This document shows, piece by piece, positions 9,618-19,669 of a DNA stretch of 64,000 nucleotides. The stretch's first letter is position 1. Every line of letters begins with the position of its first letter. A model generated the notes under the pieces. The model searched no databases, was not told the origin of the DNA, and saw only the letters and a program-made list of their open reading frames with translations. The position numbers were made by a program, and so were the translations under genes. The stretch comes from an uncultured bacterium (GTDB lineage: Bacteria; Omnitrophota; Gorgyraeia; Duberdicusellales; CBEUCJ01), in NCBI GenBank assembly GCA_965541615.1, contig CBEUCJ010000002.1:95795-159794 (forward strand). Direction: 5' to 3'.

Positions 9618-10689
9618 AAGATATCTTTTTAATATTAAGACTTATGTTCCTGGTAAACCAATAGAAGAAGTAAAAAGAGAATTTAAATTGAAAAAAGTTA
9701 TTAAATTAGCTTCTAATGAAAATGCTTGGGGCCCATCAAAAAGGGTTAAAGAAGCTATCTTAAAAGAGCTTTCAAAGATAAATAGATACCCACTAGCTGA
9801 CTGTTATTATTTAAGGAGAGCTTTAGCTTTAAAATTTAAAGTTAAAGAGGATCAAATAATTATAGGAAATGGTTCAGATGAGTTAATAGTTTTGGTTTTA
9901 AGAGCTTTGGTAGAAAAAGGAGATGAAGTAATAGTAGCTTGGCCTACTTTCTTAATCTATGAGATTCAAGCAAGGATTTCAGGAGCTAAAGTGATAAGAG
10001 TTAAATTAAAAAATTTTAAGTATGATTTAGAAGGTATGAAAAAAAAGATAACTAAAAAAACAAAAATCATTTTTATAGCCAATCCTGATAATCCTACAGG
10101 GAGTTTTGTTAACAATAGAGAATTAGAAAATTTTTTGAAATCAGTACCTGAAAATATTCTTGTATTTATTGATGAAGCTTATTTTGAATATGCAAGGTTG
10201 ATACCTTCTTATCCAGATTCTTTACAGTTCCTAAAAGATAACTATAATAATATTTTCATTTCTCGCACATTTTCTAAAGCTTATGGTCTGGCAGGTTTAA
10301 GAATTGGTTATGGAATATCAAACAACAAAAATATAGAAATATTAAATAAAGTAAGAGAACCTTTTAATGTTAATAGCTTAGCTCAAATAGCAGCTCTACA
10401 TGCTTTAAAAGATCAAGAGCATTTACAAAAAGTAGTAAGAGCTACACAAAGAGAAAAAGAAAAAATGTATGAAGAATTAAGAAGAATGGGTTTAGAGTAT
10501 AAAGAGACAGCTACTAACTTTATTTTAATAAAAGTACATGATTCACAAAAGGTATGTAGAGAATTATTAAAAAAAGGGATTATTGTAAGAGATTTAGATA
10601 GATGGGGTTTAAAAGGATTTATTAGAGTCACAGTTGGAAGACCTATTGAAAATGTTCAATTTCTAAAAGAGATAAGGAGGTTAGTATGA
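9610..10689 (+). CDS. hisC: Histidinol-phosphate aminotransferase
   Basis: KLASNEN, GNGSDE, NPDNPTG, DEAY, RTFSKAYGLAGLRIGY. ATG 9610 follows AAGGAG and is preferred over TTG 9601. Confidence 0.95.
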   Translation: MFKRYLFNIKTYVPGKPIEEVKREFKLKKVIKLASNENAWGPSKRVKEAILKELSKINRYPLADCYYLRRALALKFKVKEDQIIIGNGSDELIVLVLRALVEKGDEVIVAWPTFLIYEIQARISGAKVIRVKLKNFKYDLEGMKKKITKKTKIIFIANPDNPTGSFVNNRELENFLKSVPENILVFIDEAYFEYARLIPSYPDSLQFLKDNYNNIFISRTFSKAYGLAGLRIGYGISNNKNIEILNKVREPFNVNSLAQIAALHALKDQEHLQKVVRATQREKEKMYEELRRMGLEYKETATNFILIKVHDSQKVCRELLKKGIIVRDLDRWGLKGFIRVTVGRPIENVQFLKEIRRLV

Positions 10690-11702
10690 TTATCGTTATG
10701 AAAAAAGACGTTACCCAAAAAGAGATAGATTATGTAGTTAAAAGAATAGAAAAATTAGGGTTAAAAGCTATGATCTCAAAAGGTGTAGAGAGAACTATCA
10801 TTGGAGTCATAGGACCAGAAGATAGAATTAGTATGCAACCTTTAGAAGCTTTTCCAGGAGTAGAAAAAGTAATGCCGATTTTAGCTCCTTATAAACTCGT
10901 CTCAAAAGAATTTAAACCTGAAAAGACAATAATAGATTTAGGTAAAGGTGTAAAGATAGGTGCACAAGAAATAATAATAATGGCTGGGCCTTGCGCAATA
11001 GAATCTTATGATCAACTTTTTAAGACTGCTAAGGCTGTAAAGGAAGCTGGAGCTCAGGTTTTGAGAGGAGGAGCTTATAAACCTAGAACTTCTCCTTATT
11101 CTTTTCAAGGTTTAGGAGAAGAGGGATTAAAGATTTTAAAAGAAGTAGCAGAACAACTAAACATGCCTACAGTCACAGAAGTAATGGATACAAGAGATGT
11201 AGAAAAGGTTTTAAAATACACAGATATTTTACAAATAGGAGCAAGAAATATGCAAAATTTTTCTTTGTTAAAAGAAGTAGGTCAAACTCAAAAGCCTGTG
11301 TTATTAAAAAGAGGGATGTCAGCTACGATTAAAGAATGGTTAATGGCTGCTGAATATATAGCTGTGGGAGGAAATATGAATATAATTTTGTGTGAAAGAG
11401 GAATAAGGACTTTTGAAGATTTCACAAGGAATACTTTGGATTTAAGTGCAGTGGCAGCTGTCAGACTCTTATCGCATCTACCTGTGATAGTAGATCCTTC
11501 TCATGGGACAGGTAAATACGATTTAGTTCCTGATATGAGTTTAGCAGCAGTAGCTTGTGGAGCAGATGGTTTAATAATAGAAGTGCATCCTGCTCCACAC
11601 GAAGCTCTTTCAGATGGTCCACAGAGTTTGGTTCCAGAAAAATTTAAAGAATTGACAAAAAAGATTAAAAGAGTTGCTGAAGCTGTAGGCAGAAAATTTT
11701 AA
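10686..11702 (+). CDS. aroF: DAHP synthase (type I-beta with N-terminal regulatory domain)
   Basis: AGPCAIES, GGAYKPRTSPYSFQG, QIGARNMQN, CERGIRTF, DPSHGTG. Confidence 0.95.
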   Translation: MIIVMKKDVTQKEIDYVVKRIEKLGLKAMISKGVERTIIGVIGPEDRISMQPLEAFPGVEKVMPILAPYKLVSKEFKPEKTIIDLGKGVKIGAQEIIIMAGPCAIESYDQLFKTAKAVKEAGAQVLRGGAYKPRTSPYSFQGLGEEGLKILKEVAEQLNMPTVTEVMDTRDVEKVLKYTDILQIGARNMQNFSLLKEVGQTQKPVLLKRGMSATIKEWLMAAEYIAVGGNMNIILCERGIRTFEDFTRNTLDLSAVAAVRLLSHLPVIVDPSHGTGKYDLVPDMSLAAVACGADGLIIEVHPAPHEALSDGPQSLVPEKFKELTKKIKRVAEAVGRKF

Positions 11703-11705
11703 AAA

Positions 11706-12542
11706 GTGTTTAAGAAGATCTCTATAATTGGAGTAGGTCTAATTGGAGGAAGCATTGCTCTTCAATCTAAAAGAAAAAGATTAGCCAAAGAGATTTGGGG
11801 ATTCTTTAGAAATAAAGAAAGATTAGAAAAAGCTTTAAGATTGAAAGTAATAGATAAAGCAAGCTTAAATTTAGGAGAAGTAATAAAAGATTCAGATTTT
11901 GTAATCTTGAGTTTACCAGTTTTAAAAATAATTGAGTATTTAGATAAGATTAAAAAATTTTTGAGAAAAGACACAATTATTACAGATGTAGGTAGTACCA
12001 AAAAAGAGATATTAAAAGAAGCTAAAAAAAAATTAAAAGGTTTTAATTTTGTAGCCTCACATCCTTTTACAGGTTCAGAAAAAAGAGGATTTGAGAATTC
12101 TGAAGAAGTCAAATGGGAAAATAGCATTTGCTTTGTATGTACAGATTCAATCTGTACCAAACAAGCTTACAGGAAAGTAAAAGTTTTTTGGAAAAAATTA
12201 GGAGCTCAAATCATAGAAATAGATTCTGGTTATCATGATAAGTTAGTAGGAGCAGTCTCGCATTTACCCCATCTTATTTCTTACTCTTTAATTAATTCTT
12301 TAGATGCCAACTTTCTTAAAATTGCTCCTCAAAGTTTTAAAAGTCTTACTAGGATAGCTGGTTCACCGGAATCGGTTTGGAGTGATATATTTTTTACTAA
12401 TAGAAAAAACATTTTGTATTTTTTAGATAAATTTTTGAAAGAACTTTTAGTATTCAAAAAAACTTTAGAGATTCAAGATGCTTTGAAGATAAAGAAGATT
12501 ATAAAAAAAGCAAATGGAAAGAGATTTATATATATAAAATAA
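11706..12542 (+). CDS. tyrA: Prephenate dehydrogenase
   Basis: GVGLIGGS, TDVGSTK, HPFTGSE, HD..VSHLPH, TRIA; GTG start. Confidence 0.93.
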   Translation: MFKKISIIGVGLIGGSIALQSKRKRLAKEIWGFFRNKERLEKALRLKVIDKASLNLGEVIKDSDFVILSLPVLKIIEYLDKIKKFLRKDTIITDVGSTKKEILKEAKKKLKGFNFVASHPFTGSEKRGFENSEEVKWENSICFVCTDSICTKQAYRKVKVFWKKLGAQIIEIDSGYHDKLVGAVSHLPHLISYSLINSLDANFLKIAPQSFKSLTRIAGSPESVWSDIFFTNRKNILYFLDKFLKELLVFKKTLEIQDALKIKKIIKKANGKRFIYIK

Positions 12543-12544
12543 AA

Positions 12545-13219
12545 ATGGTAATCTGTATAGACGGACCTGCAGGCTCTGGAAAAAGTACAGTAGCCAAATT
12601 ATTAGCTAAAGAGTTAGGATTCGTTTACATAGATACAGGAGCTATGTATAGGAGTTTAACTTATAAAATAATGAAGGAGAATTTTGATTTTGAAGATGAA
12701 GATAAAGTAATAGAATGCGCTAAGAATTTAAAAATAAATTTTATTTATGATAAGGAGGGGAATTTAAATGTTTTCTTAGATGGAGAAGATGTAACTTGCA
12801 AAATAAGGACTCCTCAAGTTACACGAAATGTATATAAAGTAGCTGATAACCCTAAAGTAAGACAAATACTTGTAAAAAAACAAAGAGAGTTAGGAAAAAA
12901 GTCAAACTCGATCTTAGAAGGTAGAGATACTACAAGTATCATCTTTCCAGATGCAGATGTTAAGTTTTATTTAGATGCAGATTTTAACACAAGAGTTCAG
13001 AGAAGATATAAAGATTTTTTAGAGAAAGGAATAAAAATTTCATTAAAAGAAGTAGAAGAGGATTTAAAAAAAAGAGACTTTCAAGATTTTAATAGAAGTG
13101 TGGGCAGATTAATAAAAACTGAGGATGCTATTTACATAGATACGACTAATATGAGTATAAGAGAAGTAATAGAAGAAATGAAAAAACATATATTTAAAGT
13201 ATGGAAAAGCAATTCATAA
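12545..13219 (+). CDS. cmk: Cytidylate kinase
   Basis: IDGPAGSGKST, IDTGAMYR, EGRD. Confidence 0.95.
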   Translation: MVICIDGPAGSGKSTVAKLLAKELGFVYIDTGAMYRSLTYKIMKENFDFEDEDKVIECAKNLKINFIYDKEGNLNVFLDGEDVTCKIRTPQVTRNVYKVADNPKVRQILVKKQRELGKKSNSILEGRDTTSIIFPDADVKFYLDADFNTRVQRRYKDFLEKGIKISLKEVEEDLKKRDFQDFNRSVGRLIKTEDAIYIDTTNMSIREVIEEMKKHIFKVWKSNS

Positions 13220-14994
13220 GAAACTTTTGCATAATAGCTCATATAGATCATGGTAAATCTACTTTAGCAGATAGAATCTTAGAATTTACAGGCGCAGTTA
13301 ATAAAAGAGAGTTTAAAGAACAGTTTTTGGATGATATGGATTTAGAACGTGAAAGAGGAATAACTATTAAAGCTTCCTGTGTAACTTTAAAATATAAATC
13401 TCAAGATCAAAATACTTACACTTTAAATTTAATAGATACTCCAGGACATGTAGATTTTAGTTATGAGGTAACCAAATCTTTAAAAGCTTGTGAAGGAGCT
13501 ATCTTGTTAGTAGATGCTTCTCAAGGTATAGAAGCTCAAACTATAGCCAATTTTTATTTAGCTTTAGAAAATAATTTAGAGATTATACCTGTGATAAATA
13601 AAATAGATTTACCTAATGCAGATATAGAAAGGACAAAACATCAACTTACAGAAATATTAGGTTTTAAAGAATCTGAAATAATCTTAGCATCAGCTAAAGA
13701 AGGAAAAGGAACCAAAGAGATTTTAGAAGCTGTAGTTAAAAAGATACCTCCTCCTCAAGGAGAGGTTTCTCAACCTTTAAGAGCTTTGATATTTGATTCT
13801 ACTTATGATACTTTTAAAGGAGTAATATTATTCATAAGGGTAAAAGAAGGCATGATTAAAAAAGGTATGAAAATAATGTTTATGAGAAAAGGCAGAGAAT
13901 ATGAAGTTCAAGAATTAGGGATCCTTACTCCCAAATTTTTAGAAAAAGAATCTTTATCTGTGGGAGAAGTAGGTTACCTTTGTTGCAATATAAAAGACCC
14001 CTCTCAGATAACTGTAGGTGATACGATAACTTCTTTTAAAGATCCTGCTCCTAAAGCTTTGGAAGGATACCAACAGATGCAACCAGTAGTCTTTTGTGGA
14101 ATCTTTCCTCAAAATCCAAAGGATTTCTTCCATCTCAGAGAAGCAATACAAAAATTAAGGTTAAGCGATCCTTCTTTTGTGTATGAGCCAGATAATTCTG
14201 TTACTTGGGGACCAGGTTTTAGATGTGGCTTTTTAGGACTCTTACATATGGAAATAATTCAGGAAAGATTAGAAAGAGAGTTTGGATTAAATTTGATATT
14301 AACTACTCCAAATGTAGTGTATTTAGTTAAAGATAAAAAGGGTAATGAAATAAAGGTAGAAAATCCTCTTAAGTTTCCAGATCCCTCTCAAATTGCTCAA
14401 GTTTTGGAACCTTTCATAAAAGTAAAAATTTTAACTCCTTTGGAGTATTTAGAAAGAGTAATGGAACTCTCAAAACAAAAAAGAGGGGTCTTTAAAAAGA
14501 TGGATTATTTAGGAAAAGACAGAATTTCAGTTGAGTTTGAGATGCCTTTAAATGAAGTAATCGTAGACTTTTATGATAAATTGAAATCTGTTACTAAAGG
14601 ATATGGATCTTTAGATTATGAATTTGTAGGTTATAGACCTTCAGAAATAGTAAAATTAGATATCTTAATAAATAATAAACCATGTGAAGCCTTTTCTTTC
14701 TTAGTCCATAAAAGTTCAGCTTATCAAAAAGCAAAGAATATAGTTGAAAAATTAAAAAAACTTATTCCAAGACAACAATTTGTAATAAATATTCAAGCAG
14801 CCATTGGTTCTAGGATTATAGCTTCAGAAAAGATACCTGCTTTGAGAAAAAATGTAACTGCTAAATGTTATGGAGGAGATATTACCAGAAAAATGAAGTT
14901 ATGGGAAAAACAAAAAGAAGGTAAGAAAAAATTAAAACAATTCGGTAAAGTTCAAATTCCTCAAGAAGCATTTTTAGAGATACTAAAAATATGA
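13201..14994 (+). CDS. lepA: Elongation factor 4 (LepA)
   Basis: IRNFCIIAHIDHGKSTLADR, GFRCGFLGLLH, KCYGGDITRK. Confidence 0.98.
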   Translation: MEKQFIRNFCIIAHIDHGKSTLADRILEFTGAVNKREFKEQFLDDMDLERERGITIKASCVTLKYKSQDQNTYTLNLIDTPGHVDFSYEVTKSLKACEGAILLVDASQGIEAQTIANFYLALENNLEIIPVINKIDLPNADIERTKHQLTEILGFKESEIILASAKEGKGTKEILEAVVKKIPPPQGEVSQPLRALIFDSTYDTFKGVILFIRVKEGMIKKGMKIMFMRKGREYEVQELGILTPKFLEKESLSVGEVGYLCCNIKDPSQITVGDTITSFKDPAPKALEGYQQMQPVVFCGIFPQNPKDFFHLREAIQKLRLSDPSFVYEPDNSVTWGPGFRCGFLGLLHMEIIQERLEREFGLNLILTTPNVVYLVKDKKGNEIKVENPLKFPDPSQIAQVLEPFIKVKILTPLEYLERVMELSKQKRGVFKKMDYLGKDRISVEFEMPLNEVIVDFYDKLKSVTKGYGSLDYEFVGYRPSEIVKLDILINNKPCEAFSFLVHKSSAYQKAKNIVEKLKKLIPRQQFVINIQAAIGSRIIASEKIPALRKNVTAKCYGGDITRKMKLWEKQKEGKKKLKQFGKVQIPQEAFLEILKI

Positions 14995-15554
14995 AAAAGT
15001 CTACTTTAAGAGAATGGGCTGAAGCTATCTTTGTAGGGTTTTTGTTGGCTATGTTTGTAAGAACCTTTTTTATTCAACCTTTTAAAATCCCTACAGGCTC
15101 TATGAAACCTACTTTAAAACCAGGAGATAAAATTTTAGTAGAAAAGATAACTTATGGACCTTTAATTCCTTTTACAAGTATAAGAATCCCTGGCAAAAGA
15201 AGACCAAAGAGAGGAGATATTATCGTTTTTAGATGTCCAGTAGATAAAGGAAAATATTATATTAAAAGACTGATTGCAGTTGGAGGAGAGACAGTCTTAA
15301 TAAAAGATGGTAAGATTTACATAAATGGAAAGTTGATTACAGACCCCAGAATTAGCAAAAATTTTTATACTAATGAAGGTGCATATGGAGGTTATAAGCC
15401 TGTAAAAGTTCCAAAAGGTTACTATTATGTATTAGGTGATAATTCACCATCTTCTTATGATTCAAGATTTTGGGGTTTTGTTCCTGAAGGTAAAGTTATA
15501 GGAAGAGCTTGGTTAATATTTTGGCCTCCTAAAAGAATAAGACTGTTAAGATGA
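14991..15554 (+). CDS. lepB: Signal peptidase I
   Basis: IPTGSMKPTL, YIKR, GDN...DSRFWG; follows lepA. Confidence 0.96.
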   Translation: MKKSTLREWAEAIFVGFLLAMFVRTFFIQPFKIPTGSMKPTLKPGDKILVEKITYGPLIPFTSIRIPGKRRPKRGDIIVFRCPVDKGKYYIKRLIAVGGETVLIKDGKIYINGKLITDPRISKNFYTNEGAYGGYKPVKVPKGYYYVLGDNSPSSYDSRFWGFVPEGKVIGRAWLIFWPPKRIRLLR

Positions 15555-16114
15555 TTGCAAATTTTATATCCTTAATAAGAATTTTAAGTATTCCATTTTT
15601 TGTAGGTACTTTATTGTATTATACTCCTCAAAAGGATTTTTTAAGAATAATAGCTTTTTTTATATTTCTTTTTGCTATGCTTACAGATGTTATAGATGGC
15701 TTTATAGCAAGAAAAATAGATAAAAAATCTGAGATTGGGGCTATTTTAGATCCTTTATCAGATAAACTCTTGTTAATGAGTGCTTTTTTTTGTCTTTATC
15801 TTTTAAAAAGTTTACCTTTAAGAATTCCATTATGGTTTTTGATATTAGTTGTAAGTAGAGATCTCATAATACTAATGGGGACAGGTATTATGTTTTTATT
15901 AGGTATAAGATTTAAAATAGTACCTACTCTTTGGGGGAAACTCACAACATTTTTCCAAATGCTTACAGTTATCTGTGTACTTTTGAAATTTAAATTTTCA
16001 TTTTTAGTGTGGTATATAGCTTCAGTTTTTACTATAATATCTGGTGTAGATTATATTCGTAAAGGATTAAAACTAATAAACAATGCTAATAAGGCTGATA
16101 TTAATAATAATTAG
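15551..16114 (+). CDS. pgsA: CDP-alcohol phosphatidyltransferase (PgsA-like)
   Basis: TDVIDGFIAR...GAILDPLSDK motif; hydrophobic. Confidence 0.85.
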   Translation: MIANFISLIRILSIPFFVGTLLYYTPQKDFLRIIAFFIFLFAMLTDVIDGFIARKIDKKSEIGAILDPLSDKLLLMSAFFCLYLLKSLPLRIPLWFLILVVSRDLIILMGTGIMFLLGIRFKIVPTLWGKLTTFFQMLTVICVLLKFKFSFLVWYIASVFTIISGVDYIRKGLKLINNANKADINNN

Positions 16115-16694
16115 TTATTTAATAGGGAGCATTCCTTCTGCTTATATAGCAGGCAGGGTCTCTAAAAATATAGATATTAGAAAGTTTGGTTCTGGTAATG
16201 TAGGTGCTACCAATGCTTTTAGAGTTTTAGGTAAATTTTGGGGAATAGTAGTCTTTATCTGTGATTTTCTGAAAGGTTTCTTTTGTGTAGGTATTTTGCC
16301 CCACATTTTTAAAATCTCTCTTGAACCTAAATTTATAACTGTTTTGGGGATAAGCGTCATTTTAGGGCACATTTACACTATATTTTTAAATTTTAAAGGA
16401 GGCAAAGGTGTAGCTACAGGTTTTGGTGTACTTTTAGGATTAGGACTTTACATTCCTCAGTTTTATCTTGTTTTATTAATCGTTTTAGGTGTTTGGATGA
16501 TAACATTTTATTTTTGTGAAATAGTCTCTTTAGCTTCAATCTTATCGGCATTAACTTTACCCTTAGCAACTTTTTATCTATCTAAAGATTACTTTATATT
16601 TACTTTAATTGTAGGAATTTTAATTATATGGAGGCATAGATCAAATATTAAGAGGCTTCTTAAAAAAGAAGAACTCCCTGTTAGAAGAAAGTAA
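16083..16694 (+). CDS. plsY: Glycerol-3-phosphate acyltransferase PlsY
   Basis: YLIGSIP, GSGNVGATN, FKGGKGVAT, RHRSNIKRL. Confidence 0.96.
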   Translation: MLIRLILIIISYLIGSIPSAYIAGRVSKNIDIRKFGSGNVGATNAFRVLGKFWGIVVFICDFLKGFFCVGILPHIFKISLEPKFITVLGISVILGHIYTIFLNFKGGKGVATGFGVLLGLGLYIPQFYLVLLIVLGVWMITFYFCEIVSLASILSALTLPLATFYLSKDYFIFTLIVGILIIWRHRSNIKRLLKKEELPVRRK

Positions 16695-16697
16695 ATA

Positions 16698-16726
16698 TTG
16701 ACCTGAATAACTAAGATTGGTAAGAT
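16698..16726 (+). promoter_or_regulatory. Putative sigma70 promoter of recA
   Basis: TTGACC-17 nt-TAAGAT; AAGGAGG RBS upstream of ATG 16766. Confidence 0.6.
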
Positions 16727-16765
16727 AGGTTTTGTTAAAAATCTTTAGAAGAAGGAGGGGTTTAT

Positions 16766-17773
16766 ATGCAAGATGAAAAAAGAAAAGTATTGGAATTAGC
16801 TATCTCTCAGATAGAAAAAGAATTTGGAAAAGGTGCTATTATGAGATTAGGTGAGAGTGTAAAACTAGATGTAGAAGCTCTACCTACAGGAATTCTTACT
16901 TTAGATTATGCAATAGGCATAGGAGGTCTACCAAGAGGTAGGATCATTGAGATATTTGGTCCTGAATCTTCTGGCAAGACTACTTTGGCTTTGTCTTGTA
17001 TAGCTGAGACTCAAAAGAGAGGAGGGATTTGTGCATTTATTGATGCTGAGCATGCATTTGACCCTCATTATGCTAAAAAATTAGGGATCAACTTAGATGA
17101 TCTGTTAGTCTCTCAACCAGATACTGGTGAGCAAGCTTTAGAGATTGCAGAGACTTTGGTAAGGTCTAATGCAGTAGACTTAATAGTCATAGATTCAGTC
17201 GCAGCTCTCGTTCCTAAAGCTGAACTTGAAGGTGAGATGGGAGATTCTTTTGTAGGTCTGCAAGCTAGATTAATGAGTCAAGCTTTAAGGAAATTGACAG
17301 GAGCTATTTCAAAATCTAAAACTTGTGTAATATTTATAAATCAGATAAGAGAAAAGATAGGAGTAATGTTTGGATCGCCTGAAACTACTCCTGGAGGAAG
17401 AGCTTTAAAATTTTATGCTTCGGTAAGGATAGATTTGAGAAGAAAAGAGTCTATTACTCATGAAGGAAAAGTAATAGGTAACAGGATTTTGGCTAGAATA
17501 GTTAAGAATAAACTCGCACCTCCCTTTAAAGAAGCTAGTTTTGAGATTTTATATAATGAAGGAATCTCTAAATTAGGAGCTTTAATAGATGCAGGGGTCT
17601 CATTAAATGTTATTCAAAAGACAGGAGCTTGGTTTTCTTATAAAGATAAAAAATTAGGTCAAGGAAAAGAGAATGTTAAAAAGTTTTTAGAAGAAAATCC
17701 TAAGATAAGAAAAGAAATAGAAGAGGAGATAAAAGAAAGGTTTTTTAAAAAAGATAAGGAGGCTAAGAAATGA
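16766..17773 (+). CDS. recA: Recombinase A
   Basis: [30 protein letters not shown]. Confidence 0.99.
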   Translation: MQDEKRKVLELAISQIEKEFGKGAIMRLGESVKLDVEALPTGILTLDYAIGIGGLPRGRIIEIFGPESSGKTTLALSCIAETQKRGGICAFIDAEHAFDPHYAKKLGINLDDLLVSQPDTGEQALEIAETLVRSNAVDLIVIDSVAALVPKAELEGEMGDSFVGLQARLMSQALRKLTGAISKSKTCVIFINQIREKIGVMFGSPETTPGGRALKFYASVRIDLRRKESITHEGKVIGNRILARIVKNKLAPPFKEASFEILYNEGISKLGALIDAGVSLNVIQKTGAWFSYKDKKLGQGKENVKKFLEENPKIRKEIEEEIKERFFKKDKEAKK

Positions 17774-19227
17774 AGAAAACAACTTTTCTCCATACAATAA
17801 TAGGGATTTTTTTAGGAATAGTTTTAGGATTTGTTACGAGTTCAAATTTTTACAAAAAAGATATCTCTAAAGCTCAAGAGCTGAGTTCTTTAGAGATTCT
17901 CTCACCTGAAGAAGCCACTATCAAAGTAGCACAGCAAGTTGGAAAGTGTGTGGTCTCTATAAGCACTGTAGCTACAGAAAGGATATCTTTTAAAAGATTT
18001 TATTTTTCACCTTTTGATGAAGATGATTTCTTTAGAAGGTTTTTTGAAGAGTTTTTTGGTCCATTTCCTGAAAGAGAATACAAAAGAATGGGTTTAGGTT
18101 CAGGTGTTATTATAGATTCAGATGGTTATATTCTAACAAATGAACATGTAATAGCAGGAGCTGAAAAGATTAAAGTTACCCTTCCTGATGGAAGAGAATT
18201 TGATGCAAAAGTCATAGGCAAAGATTATCGTTCAGATTTAGCAGTAATAAAGATAGATGCACATAATCTGCCAGTCGCAAAGTTAGGAGATTCAGATGAA
18301 TTAAAGATTGGACAATGGGTATTAGCAATAGGTAATCCCTTCGGTTTTGCTATTGAAAATCCAGAACCTACAGTCACATTTGGAGTAATCTCTGCTCTAC
18401 ATAGAGATTTACCCAGATTAGGTAAGAGGAGAGCTTATTATGATTTAATACAGACAGATGCAGCTATAAATCCAGGAAATTCTGGAGGTCCTTTAGTAAA
18501 TCTTAAAGGAGAGGTTATAGGAATAAATGTAGCAATAATTACTACAACAGGTGCTTATGAAGGGATAGGTTTTGCTATTCCTATAAATGTAGCAAAAAGA
18601 ATTTTAAGAAAGTTAATAAAAGGAGAAAAAATTCTGTATGGATGGTTAGGGGTTAGTGTTCAAGATTTAAATAAAAAATTAGCTAAATACTTTGGGTTAA
18701 GAGAACCAAAAGGAGCTTTGGTAGTAAAGGTCTTTAAAAATTCACCTGCTCAGAGAGCAGGTATAAAAGAAAAAGATATTATTTTAGAATTTGATGGTAA
18801 ACCTGTAAAAAATGTGAGGGAATTAGTCAGATACGTTAATTTAACTGAACCTGGAAAAGAAGTAAAGATAAAGATTTTGAGAAATAGAACTCATATTAGT
18901 TTGCAAGTAAAGATAGGAAAAAGACCAGAAGATATAGAAAGATTGGAAGAAGTAAAAGAGGGTATATGGAGAGGTTTAGAAGTAGAAGATATTACTCCTC
19001 AATCTATGTATAAATTTAGAATAGAGGAAGAAAAAGGTGTGGTAGTTACATATGTGGAACCTGGTTCTCCAGCAGATAAAGCAGGCTTAGAGAGAGGAGA
19101 TGTTATTTTAGAAGTAGAAGGAAGACCTATTTATTCAAAAGAAGAGTTCTTTCAGACAGTAAAAAAACTAAAAGGAGATGTATTGATAAAGACAAACAGG
19201 GGTTATTTTGTTGTGCCCCCAGAATAA
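17770..19227 (+). CDS. degP: DegP/HtrA (Do) serine protease with two PDZ domains
   Basis: N-terminal TM/signal, [24 protein letters not shown], two PDZ domains. Confidence 0.93.
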   Translation: MKKTTFLHTIIGIFLGIVLGFVTSSNFYKKDISKAQELSSLEILSPEEATIKVAQQVGKCVVSISTVATERISFKRFYFSPFDEDDFFRRFFEEFFGPFPEREYKRMGLGSGVIIDSDGYILTNEHVIAGAEKIKVTLPDGREFDAKVIGKDYRSDLAVIKIDAHNLPVAKLGDSDELKIGQWVLAIGNPFGFAIENPEPTVTFGVISALHRDLPRLGKRRAYYDLIQTDAAINPGNSGGPLVNLKGEVIGINVAIITTTGAYEGIGFAIPINVAKRILRKLIKGEKILYGWLGVSVQDLNKKLAKYFGLREPKGALVVKVFKNSPAQRAGIKEKDIILEFDGKPVKNVRELVRYVNLTEPGKEVKIKILRNRTHISLQVKIGKRPEDIERLEEVKEGIWRGLEVEDITPQSMYKFRIEEEKGVVVTYVEPGSPADKAGLERGDVILEVEGRPIYSKEEFFQTVKKLKGDVLIKTNRGYFVVPPE

Positions 19228-19669
19228 AGAATTTGATTCTGCAAAGAAAAAAGTATTAAATTTTTTAAGATTTAGAATAAGAACAAAAAAAGAAGTAGAA
19301 GATTACTTAAAAAAGCATAAATACTCAGAAGAAACTATCACAAATATTCTTTGTTATTTAGAAAAGTTAAATTTATTAGATGATGAAAAATTTGCAGAAC
19401 TTTTTATTGAAGAAAAGATACGTAAATTTTGGGGACCTTTGAAGATAAAATACGAACTTTTAAAGAAAGGAGTAGAAAAAGAAATTATAGAAAAAAAGAT
19501 TTCTGAAAAGATAAAAGAAAAAGAGATGGTCTGTAGTTTGAAAGAAATGATAAGAAAGAAAATAAAAGAAGAAGATCCAACCAAAAGAAATCAAAAGATA
19601 TACTCTTTTCTAAAAAGAAGAGGTTTTTTAGAAAATATAATTTGGGAAGTTTTAAAAAGTGAAGACTGA
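19208..19669 (+). CDS. recX: Regulatory protein RecX
   Basis: RIRTKKEV, LLDDEKFA, WGPLKIKYELLKKGV, FLKRRGF; start uncertain. Confidence 0.88.
   Translation: MLCPQNKEFDSAKKKVLNFLRFRIRTKKEVEDYLKKHKYSEETITNILCYLEKLNLLDDEKFAELFIEEKIRKFWGPLKIKYELLKKGVEKEIIEKKISEKIKEKEMVCSLKEMIRKKIKEEDPTKRNQKIYSFLKRRGFLENIIWEVLKSED

Noticed and set aside
16695-16765. LexA/SOS box upstream of recA
   Set aside because: No match to the CTGT-N8-ACAG, GAAC-N4-GTTC or TGTTC-N4-GAACA boxes and no convincing palindrome.
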